Shown one piece after another: positions 18,245 to 27,803 of a stretch of DNA of 42,539 nt. Source of the stretch: Hydrurus foetidus. Its lineage: Eukaryota. The DNA is taken from assembly GCA_900617105.1 (NCBI GenBank), contig UYFQ01000065.1, positions 1-42,539 on the forward strand. Direction: 5' to 3'. A model generated the notes under the pieces. That model worked only from the letters and a program-made list of their open reading frames with translations. It ran no database searches and was not told the origin of the DNA. The stretch's first letter is position 1; each line of letters opens with the position of its first letter. Made by a program: the position numbers and the translations under genes.

Positions 18245-21200
18245 TCAAGTCTTCTTCACAGATGGATATTGGAAGTGTGGGTTGGTCTTTTGCCGCGCGG
18301 GAGTAGATGGTGAGTCCACGTGATCCTCAGTCTTGCAACCTTCTGCATAGGTAATGGAGAGGGGGGGGATGTTGAGTAGCTGCTTCCTCAGCTTCCTAAA
18401 TAGCTCCCCCTGCAATGGCTTGGTTAGGATATCTGCGATCATGTCAGTAGTGGGTAAGTAGACAATGTCGATATCGCCTGTGGTAATCCTGTCGTGCAGG
18501 AAAAAGTACCGTATGTCGACGTGACGTGTACGTTCACTATTAGAACGACCGTTACGAATTAACTGTATCGTGGACTGGTTGTCCTGGTACACTAGTGCGG
18601 GAGGCTGTGGGTGTCCTTGGCTCTCCAGGAAATTCCTGGTCCATAGCACTTGGTTGGCGGCGTCGCTGAGTGCGACTAGCTCAGCCTCTGTGCTGGACTT
18701 GGTCATCAGGCGCTGTGTCCCGCTCTTGGCATAAATTGCCCCTTCCCCAATGTGACCACGCTACCTGTGTGGCTTTTCATGTCGGGGTGTATGGCAAAGG
18801 ATGCGTCGATATATGCAGTAACATGGATAGGTTCATGTACTTCAAATGTAATACCCATGTGCTGGGTACCCCGTATGTACTGGATCGTACGGGACAGCTT
18901 GTCGTAGTCATCCCTTTGGGGCTTCAGCACCCGCTTGGTGAGGAATGCTACAGCCGTGAGAATGTCCGGCCTAGTCCTCTTACTCAGGTACAGTAGCTTA
19001 GCTGTAATGGAGTGGAAACGCTCACGCAAGTCATCAGGTAATAATGGGTTAGATTCATCAGGTATAGCAAACAGATTGGGTCGTGCAGGAGTGGTAGCCG
19101 TGCCCGGCATGTCCGTGCACCCCTCAATGAGATCTTTTACAAACCCTTCCATCGTCATCTTGACTACTCCTTCGTTATTGAAGTCGAAGGTCATACCTAT
19201 GTAATTTAATACTTTGCCGCGGTGTTTGGTTAGACCGGGGTATATAGTTTCAATCTGCTTTATAACCTCATCCACGCAGGATTCGGTTGAAGCAGTAATA
19301 ATCATGTCGTCAACATGAATTACTAGTGAGGTTTGTGTGTTATCAGTTTCGGTTCTATTGAATACGCAGATGTCGTATTCGTTTGCAGTATAATTGAGTT
19401 TATTCAAATCGCTGGATAGTTTGTCATACCATAACTTAGCAGATTCTACACATCCATATAAAGCTTTCTTTAGTTTCACAATACATGTTCCATTCTTATT
19501 TATGTATTTGTTATATGTTGCGTCTATTTGTATTAGTGCAGCAGTCAGTTGTTTATTTAATCGCATGTATACAACATGGTCACCGGTCAGCGGCATATCG
19601 CTATTCAGAAATGCACCGGGGAAATCAACAGTGGCAATAGCACGGTTCTGTTTAGCAGCAATCGCAGTTAGTATAAATACGCTGGATGTGCTAGCAGTAG
19701 GGGATGCACCATTGTTATAAACATCTCTATCTTGTAGGTGCCCACCGGCTACTAGTCTAGATTTCAGTTTTTCAAACATACCATCAGCCGTGTACTTTTC
19801 TTTTAGAAACATGCTACTCGGTATGATGGTGCGTTTTTGTTTAGGGGTAAGTGATTCATAAGTTACACCTTCCCATACATCCTTGTCGCACATTTGTTTT
19901 AGTTCGGATGTAATGGAATCAACAGCTAGCACCCCTAACTTATTAATTCCTTCACTAACAGTCATCTTATATAAGGATGTGTTTTTATAAAACATGCTAC
20001 CAACATATTTCCTATTCCATTTACCTAGTTGGTGGTTTCTACCACTTCTACGCAACAAAGGTGAAACACTGTCTGGTAAATCATATTCTGTTTCTATTAC
20101 TGAAGGTGGTGAGAATACTTCGGGTTGCGCAGTTACATCGTCAAAGTCATTTTCATCATCACTTATTCCAAATATATCATCGATTAGTGCTTGATCGTAT
20201 CTGGGTGAACGCTCATGTGTTTCATATTGATTCGAATCATCATGTGTGTGGTTATCGTAATATAGTTCGTCATTAGTATGAGTGGTGTCATTCATATATA
20301 GTGTGTCATCTACATACTCATCTAATGTCGGTGGGTTGTTTTCATCGTACATATATTGTTGTGGCTCAGGGTATGTGTCATTGTCAACATGTTGGTTGTC
20401 TTCAGTGATTTCATCGGTTTCTTCTGCGTCAGCAGATTCGTCAATGGTATCATACTCAATGTCACCAATGTATTCAGGGTCATCGTCAACATCATCGTCA
20501 TCATCGAATACGGTGTGGCTATTCTCGAATACAGGTTGTTTAACATTGGCAGTTTTTCTATTCGCTGCCAGACTGTTTAAGTGTAACACAACTTCGTTAG
20601 GCATGGGTAGTACAGTTGCTTTTGTACGTTTAACAATTTGTTCATTTGCTAACAGCATGTAGTACCATGAACCTTCTAGATTGCCGGAGCTCATAAGTGC
20701 TATGGCCCCGGCTGTTCTTGGTTTGGTAGAGTTGTCAATAACATCATTGTGCACTTGGACATAATCACCAAAACCGTGCTTAATCTCTTTATCTACATCA
20801 ATCTTTCTACCGCTGAGTTTCTCTCGTGGGCTGATGTGATCTATAGAGTTACGTGTGGGAGCTAATACAATTCTACTGACTGCATACTTAACTAACCACA
20901 CTTCAAGTTTCTCGCTTAATTCAAATGGCAGCGTGTTAATAACGGATCTGACTCTCTCTTTAATGTGTCTAATCTTACGCTCCACTACGGCTACGGCTTC
21001 CCCGGCTCCGGTAACATCTAAAATGATACCTCTGAGACTGACTTTGTTGTGGAACCATTCGGTGTTTATGGCGCCTTCACCGTCTACTCTTATCATCTTA
21101 ATCTTAAAGTGATACTTAGTCATGCCTGCTATGGCTGTCTTTAGACTGTTCCATAGTGTTTTGTGATCTCTCTTGGCTAGCTTGCTAACAAACAGGAATT

Positions 21201-22101
21201 CAATAGGCTGTACAACTGATACTAGGTAAGGTATTTGGTTGACAAACATTATATCAATGTACATGATCTGTTCTGTCTTATACTCTGTACCTATGAGAGG
21301 CAACTTTTCTTCTAGCTTAGCTTGGTGGCTAGTAGTCTTGCCCTTTAGGGATCCAATGTCTGGTCCCCATATGTCTATCGCTCGGTGTACGTCTCGCGCA
21401 GTCACTTTACTGTTAGTCAAATTCCCTTGGGATATCAACTTGATAGTTTGTGCTGCGCTAGCGTAACCTAGCCTACGCTGATAGTCTCTAGCTAGCGAAG
21501 CGTCTCTGACCTCTCTAACTGTATACTTCTTCTTTTTCTCTTCTACGGTTGTAACTAATAGTGGCATACACTCAGTCACCATGGTATCAAGGTTACATTG
21601 ATATATATTCATTGACTCATCTCGTGAGAATCTGTAGAAGTAGTTACCAGTAACATCTTGCACTATATAACAGTCATGGTCATGTAAGTACATAACGTCA
21701 GTGCAGTCACGTACAGCATTACCAAAAGACAATATGTTACCAGCACAGTCAGGGCTATAATATACGTTGCCGAATGCTGATTCTCCACGCTCCTTGACTA
21801 TTAGCGGTTTTCCTTTCGGATTCACCCCGCTAACAATCATGGGAGTGGTCGCAGATTCGACGTTGTATAACAGGGATGAGTCGTTGAATACCGACTCACC
21901 GGCACAAGTATCAAGTAATATGTGTCTTGATTTAATTGCATTATATATATTACAAATATTGGTGCTAAATACAATACGATCGCACGATTCAACCCCGCTA
22001 GTGGAGTCAGCCAAACGTGGACCGGTGAGGGTGGATGCGTGTACAGGTGTGTGTGTGGGTGTATGTGCAGGTGAGGAATAATGTAATGTATTTAGTTTAC
22101 C
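18245..22101 (-). CDS. pol: Copia-1 Pol (protease, integrase, RT, RNase H)
   Basis: ILLDTCAGES (PR); YIDIMF / RVDGEG / VERKIR (IN DDE); KSRLVAGG, LKKALYG, IHVDDM (RT); YIDASFA, SSTEAE, YQDNQS, IADILTKPL (RH). One 1-nt shift in a G-run near 18740. Frame is open back to the gag end in -1. Confidence 0.95.
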
Positions 22102-23204
22102 GATTTAAAGTTTCCACTGGCTGCTGATGCAGCCGATTGGCTTTCCTTTGCCGTGCACTCGTATGCGTAATGGCCCGGTTGTTTACATGAGTTACAAATT
22201 CCGGGTCGGGTGCCGTACTCTGTGCGTGCACCCTTCCCTTTGCTCACACCCCCACTCCCCTTTCCCTTCTCATTGCCTGCTGATTTCTCTCCGCCGGCTG
22301 TTTTCGCTGCAAAGACGTTAGTTTGGTTAGGTAGGCCCGTACCGGCAGGTTTCTTAGGGGTTACTTTGGCCATTTCGAGATACGCTTCATCGAGCGTATC
22401 AGGCCAGTCTTTTATGCCGTGCTCGTAGTACTCTACGAATTGTCTGTATCCCGAGTTAAGCCCCTTCATGAACTTCATTGCTGTAATCAAGTCTTCGTGT
22501 GCGGTCATAGCTGGTGTGTAGACGGGCATGAGTTCTAAGGACTGCCGCGTGTCGTCGTATCCTATTTTGAGCGCCTTGAACCGTTGATAGTAGTATTTCA
22601 ACATATCGTTCGGTTCCATTTTTACCGTTTCATAGGCCATTCTTACTCTTAATAGGTTCTCGTCCGCGCCTAATTTCGGATCTGACAGGTGCGTTAGGAT
22701 GATGGCTCTCATTAGGAGTAGCGGGTTCTCCGCTGTGATCGCTGCCAGGCCGGCTTCAGTTTCGCGGATAGTCGCCTTAGACGTCTCGCTAATCTGGCCG
22801 AGCATCAGGCCGAACACTTGCTTCGAATCCGTGGCCAGTTCCAGTACTCGTTTGTCGTAAAGCTCTAGTGCTTTTTTCCACCGCGTGACATCCATGAAGT
22901 TTGCTTCGACTGCGATGTCTACCGGTGCTACGAAGACAGGGTAATTTCCCGGTATTCCTTCGTTCCCAAAAATTTCACAGACGTCGGACTTGTAGTTGGT
23001 CCGTGTGTACTCACGAAATTTCCTCATCCATGCGCTTACGCTGCCATGGTTCATTTCCTTCCCCAAATCCAGGAACGCGCCGATGGCAGCTACCGTTCCT
23101 GTTCTGGGTGGAGGCTTTGGCCCTCCACGGCCGGCGTTGCCCCTGCCTCCGTTGGCGGGGCCGCCCTTGCCAGAAGGTTTTCTCTCTGCAGCTTTGCCTT
23201 TCAT
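22092..23204 (-). CDS. gag: Copia-1 Gag
   Basis: ATG at 23204, RGG-rich N-terminus, CCHC knuckle CNSCKQPGHYAYEC. Confidence 0.92.
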   Translation of the reverse strand: MKGKAAERKPSGKGGPANGGRGNAGRGGPKPPPRTGTVAAIGAFLDLGKEMNHGSVSAWMRKFREYTRTNYKSDVCEIFGNEGIPGNYPVFVAPVDIAVEANFMDVTRWKKALELYDKRVLELATDSKQVFGLMLGQISETSKATIRETEAGLAAITAENPLLLMRAIILTHLSDPKLGADENLLRVRMAYETVKMEPNDMLKYYYQRFKALKIGYDDTRQSLELMPVYTPAMTAHEDLITAMKFMKGLNSGYRQFVEYYEHGIKDWPDTLDEAYLEMAKVTPKKPAGTGLPNQTNVFAAKTAGGEKSAGNEKGKGSGGVSKGKGARTEYGTRPGICNSCKQPGHYAYECTAKESQSAASAASGNFKSVN

Positions 23205-23229
23205 CGAATGCAAGTGCAATTGTTAATTA

Positions 23230-23595
23230 TGTCGTGATCCACGCTCTAGTTCCCGTGAATGGGCAACTAAATCCTTCCTGGGTCCGCTCTCCTTCTGCAA
23301 CTTCAACCTAGCTTCTGATCACTTTCCCGGGCTCAAGGCGAAAGTGGGTTTGGTTTGGAGTTTAAAGTAATTAACAATGCAACGTAGCTTACATCGTTCG
23401 TGGAGACAGTCGAGAAATTCGATCTGTCCCGCACAGTCAAACATGGTGTACTTTCATTTTTAATGTTCCTGGATGTGGAAAAAGAACTTGGACCGGTGGA
23501 GTAGCGACCTCCACGTGGCACACGACGTACGAAACGTCATTAAATGTACATACGTAATAACTTATACGGTTACTTATCACACAGTTATTCCGACA
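23230..23595 (-). repeat. 5' LTR of Copia-1
   Basis: Direct repeat of 17226-17591. Confidence 0.97.
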
Positions 23596-23962
23596 CGTGG
23601 AACGTGGTTCCCATTGTATGTGGACGTAGGCTAACTACTTTCGGTACAGAAATTACTACTTTCGTAGAAATTTTCAAGGAAAAACGGCTCAACACAAGTA
23701 GAGTGTTTGCGCATTGGAAATTACAGAGACTTTGACCCCCTTTTTTCCGGTCCACCCCCCAAAACGTTGAAATTTACGAGAATCTCGCAAATCCCCTGCT
23801 GAGATTCACTCGATCTCAACAATTTGATCTCGCAAATATCCAAGACTGCTGAGGAACCGATCACCTCTGAAACTGTACCCTCCAATGCTATCATACAAGT
23901 TTACCTACCCACCATTCTTCTTGTATCACTCGTTTGCTAGCTTTAAGAGTTAGATTGTAGCT

Positions 23963-24350
23963 ATGGCCAACGTTGAACCCATCGTGAAGCCAAAAGGCAA
24001 GGGTAATACGATCTGGAGTAAAATTGCCAACGAGTATCTTGTCGCAGAAATTTCTATAGGTGCACCAACTAGGTGCTGCGATTATGCCAAGATGGGCCAC
24101 GGGCAGTCTGCAGTCTTCTGGGCCGAGATTGCGAGGGCACTTCAGGATCGAATTGACGCCTTCCCCGACGCAACATATCCAAGTTCTCGTGTGTGCCAGC
24201 TGCAATTTGATAAATTGCTGCTGCTGCAAAGGAAGAACTTCAAGGATCACAAGTGGCAAAGTGGAAGCACTGAGGATGTTGGAGAAGTCGCCTCTGGTCT
24301 CGAAGAAATAATGAAGGAGATCGACGAGCAGTCTGATATTAAAAATGCAG
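23963..24350 (+). CDS. First exon of a Myb/SANT-like (trihelix) protein, possibly a PIF/Harbinger accessory gene; interrupted
   Basis: IWSKIANEYLV...FWAEIARAL...SSRVCQLQFDKLL pattern; donor CAG|GTAAAT at 24350/24351; Copia-2 is inserted in the following intron. Confidence 0.6.
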
Positions 24351-24413
24351 GTAAATTCAACTCCATTTTAATTTAATTTAATATACTACGGAAGCCTAAT
24401 CTAAGATTGTGTC

Positions 24414-24778
24414 TGTCGGAATAACTAATGAGCTAAGTAACCGTATAAGTTATTACGTATGTACATTTGATGACGTTTCGTACGTCGTGTGCCGTGTGGT
24501 GGTCGCTACTCCACCGGTCCAGGTTCCTTTAACCCAGGAACATCAAAAAGACGAAAGTGCACCATGTTTGACTGTGCGGGACAGCGCGATCTTTTCGCCT
24601 GTCTCCATGAACGATGTAAGCGATGTTGCATCGTTAATTACCTTAATACTCACACCAGCAGAGCTTTCGCCTTGAGCCCGGGAAAGTTGCTAGCGCACGT
24701 GTTGAACCTGCAGAAGGAGCGCGTACCCAGGAAGGATATAGTTTTCCATTCAGTGGAAACTGATCCTTAGTTACGACA
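24414..24778 (+). repeat. 5' LTR of Copia-2 (365 bp)
   Basis: TGTCGGAATAACT...TTACGACA, collinear with the Copia-1 LTR. Confidence 0.92.
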
Positions 24779-24815
24779 TAATTAACGAGTTGCTTTCGTT
24801 GCAACCAGTTGCAAC

Positions 24816-25928
24816 ATGAAAGGCAGAGGCCGAGGCCGAGAACACAATACCGCAGGCGGTCGAGCAAACCCTGCCAACGGTGGCAGAGGGAATGCTGGCC
24901 GCGGTGCGAAGCCTCCACCAAGGACAGGAACGGTAGCCGCGATCGGCGCATTCCTGGATCTCGGAAGAGAGATGAACCATGGCAGCGTCAGCGCATGGAT
25001 GAGGAAGTTCCGCGAGTATACTCGCGCGAACTATAAGTCCGATATCTCTGAGATATTCGGCAACGAGGGCATACCGGGTGATTACCCGCAATATGTCGCT
25101 CCAGCGGACATAGCTGCCGATGCAAATTTCATGGTATCAACAAAATGGAAGCGAGCATTGGAGCTATATGATAGAAATATACTTACTTTGAGAGAAGACC
25201 GAAAGCAAGTCTTCGGACTCATGCTAGGTCAGATTAGCGAAGCGTCGAAAGCGACGATTCGAGAAGCTGAAACGGGCCTTGCAGCCATGACTGCAGAGGA
25301 CCCGCTTCTATTGTTGAGAGCTATAATCCTGACCCACCTCTCTGACCCGAGGTTGGGCGCCGATCAAAATCTGTTGAGAGTCCGAATGGCTTACGAGACA
25401 GTCAAGATGGAGCAGAATGACGTGCTGAAGTACTACTATCAACGCTTTAAAGCGTTGAAATCCGGATACGAGGACACGATGCGGGCACTAGGGGTCATGC
25501 CCGAGTTCAACGAGGCCATGACCGCACATAATGAACTTCTAACAGGGATGAAGTTCATGAACGGCCTGAACTCCGGTTACCGTCACTACGTAGAATACTA
25601 CGAGCACGGACTGAAGGAATGGCCAGACACACTCGAGGATGCATACATCGAGATGGCTAAGGTCACGCCGAGGAAATCAGCAGCAGCAACACCACCCAAC
25701 CAGACCAACGTTTTCGCCACGAAAACGGCTGGCGGTGAGAAACCTACTGATGCTGGTAAAGGGAAGGCTAGTGGGAACGGGGACAGAGGGAAGGGTGGGC
25801 GTACGTCGTACGGCACCCGTCCCGGAAATTGCAATAAGTGCGGTGAAGCCGGACACTACTCCTATGAGTGTACGACCAAGGATAGCCAAGCGGGTGCATC
25901 AGCACCCAGTGGAAAGTCGGTAAACTAA
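24816..25928 (+). CDS. gag: Copia-2 Gag
   Basis: 370 aa, homologous to Copia-1 Gag; CNKCGEAGHYSYEC knuckle. Confidence 0.92.
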   Translation: MKGRGRGREHNTAGGRANPANGGRGNAGRGAKPPPRTGTVAAIGAFLDLGREMNHGSVSAWMRKFREYTRANYKSDISEIFGNEGIPGDYPQYVAPADIAADANFMVSTKWKRALELYDRNILTLREDRKQVFGLMLGQISEASKATIREAETGLAAMTAEDPLLLLRAIILTHLSDPRLGADQNLLRVRMAYETVKMEQNDVLKYYYQRFKALKSGYEDTMRALGVMPEFNEAMTAHNELLTGMKFMNGLNSGYRHYVEYYEHGLKEWPDTLEDAYIEMAKVTPRKSAAATPPNQTNVFATKTAGGEKPTDAGKGKASGNGDRGKGGRTSYGTRPGNCNKCGEAGHYSYECTTKDSQAGASAPSGKSVN

Positions 25929-26850
25929 GTAAGATACATTATTCCTCACCTGTACACTCACCCACACCTACATCCGTACACACACCTGCACTTACATCCA
26001 CACACACACCTATACATACACTCACCGATCCTCCATGTTTGGCTGATTCCACTAGCGGAATTGAAACATGTGATCATATTGTTTTTAGTACCAATACATG
26101 CAATATATATAACATGATTAGAAGTAGACACATTCTGCTTGACACATGTGCTGGTGAGTCGGTTTTCAACGACTCATCCCTGCTGTATAATGTCGAACAC
26201 GCACCCACACCTATGATTGTTAGCGGGGTGAATCCGAAAGGAAAACCGCTGATAATCAAGAAACGTGGGGTGTCGGCGTTCGGCAACGTGTACTATAGCC
26301 CTGACTGTGCTGGTAACATATTGTCTTTCGGTAATGCTGTACGTGACTGTACTGATGTTAAGTACTTACATGACTATGATTGTTACATAGTGCAAGACGT
26401 CAGCGGAAAATATTTTTATAGATTCTCACGAGATGAGGCTATGAATATATACCAATGTAACCTTGACACTATGGTAACAGAATGCATGCCAATGTTAGTT
26501 ACGACAGTAGAGCAGAATAAAAAGAAGTATACAGTAAGAGAAGTCAGAGACGCGTCGTTAGCTAGAGACTATCAGCGTAGACTAGGATACGCTAGCGCAG
26601 CACAGACTATTAAGTTGATATCCCAAGGGAATTTGACTAATAGCAAAGTGACTGCGCGAGACGTACATAGAGCCATTGATATATGGGGACCGGACGTGGG
26701 ATCCCTTAAGGGGAAGACCACTAGTCACCAGGCCAAGTTAGAAGAGAAGTTACCATTGATAGGTATAGAGTACAAGACAGAACAAATCATGTACGTAGAT
26801 ATAATGTTCGTCAACCAGGTACCATATCTAGTATCAGTTGTTCAGCCCAT
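25919..26850 (+). pseudogene. pol: Copia-2 Pol fragment
   Basis: ILLDTCAGES; near-identical protein to Copia-1 Pol up to the gypsy insertion point. Confidence 0.9.
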
Positions 26851-27058
26851 TGTGGCTCCCTCAGGGTCTGCTACCCCATTCAGCCGATTAGATGCTGTTT
26901 CCACCTTAGTACCTTCGTGTTCACAGCCACGACTATCAGTCACTAGCTAGTTTGTGCTGCTTTGCAGAAGTTACTAGCGTACCTTCTGCCTTCATCCCTA
27001 ACTAACTAGCTCCTTTTAGCCTTTAGATTTCCCTTCTCTTTTGCCTTCCAAGGTCACA
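26851..27058 (+). repeat. 5' LTR of Gypsy-A (208 bp)
   Basis: TGTGG...TCACA; differs from the 3' LTR by one substitution and one indel seen. Confidence 0.96.
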
Positions 27059-27153
27059 GTAGATCTACTTCCTTTAGTTTCTCTTCTTTAGACCCTATCC
27101 TCTCTCCTACTCTAAGCTACCATCCTCTACACTACCCTGCTGCCCTAACTCAC

Positions 27154-27501
27154 CCGATTATCTGCGTGGAGAATCTCGAATTTTATTCGAAATTCTCGTT
27201 TACGAGCAATTCTTACTATCGCGAGCAAGTCTCCGAAGTCTGGTCGCCGTAAACATAGTCACTCGGTATCTCCCGATACTTGACTATTTCGTGGTTGCTT
27301 GAGTTTCATCTCAACAATCCCATACCGATTACCTGCGTGGAGAATCTCGAATTTCATTCGACATTCTCGTTTGCGAGCAATTCTTACTATCGCGAGCAAG
27401 TCTCCGAAGTCTGGTTGCCGTAAACTTAGTCACTCGGGTTGAGATTTCTCTCCCGATACTTGACTGTCTTGTGGTTGCTTGAGTGCCATCTCAGCAAACC
27501 C
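27154..27501 (+). repeat. Two-copy ~171-bp tandem duplication in the Gypsy-A 5' leader
   Basis: Units begin CCGATTA at 27154 and 27325; imperfect copies. Confidence 0.9.
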
Positions 27502-27803
27502 AAATTTTTGTGCAGAGTTAACTCCGTTAACTTCTGCCCATCTCTCGCCGCAAGCTTTGCTTGGCTGACGTCCGTGGATAGCTTTGTCTTCCACGCCGTT
27601 CTCGTTATTGGTCGAGCAAGTCTCCCAATCCCGACTTATTTTGTACGGATTGATTCACTCATCCGTCCAGAACCTGCTTGACTTATTGTGCTTCGCCTAA
27701 TCGCCTGTTTGATTTTCATCCAAACGGCACGAGGCGAAGCCCTTGCAAAATTTTTTTGGCGACCCCCGCTATTTAAAATTGTCAAGACATAAGTCATCTA
27801 ACG

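Larger units (their letters stand above)
17226..23595 (-). mobile_element. Complete Ty1/copia LTR retrotransposon (Copia-1), resembles diatom CoDi-type
   Basis: Two 366-bp TG...CA LTRs, CGTGG target duplication (17221-17225, 23596-23600), domain order gag-PR-IN-RT-RH. Confidence 0.97.
24414..26850 (+). mobile_element. Copia-2, 5' part only (LTR, gag, PR, start of IN)
   Basis: Close paralogue of Copia-1; cut at VVQPI by the Gypsy-A LTR; remainder absent from the window. Confidence 0.95.

Noticed and set aside
26864..26871. GGGTCTGC in the Gypsy-A LTR as a Tf1-type self-primer
   Set aside because: Needs three G:U pairs in 8 bp and lies at the start of U3, unlikely to be in the transcript 5' end.
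26851..26950. Copia pol read-through extension into the gypsy LTR (VAPSGSATPF...)
   Set aside because: Chance open frame across an insertion junction.
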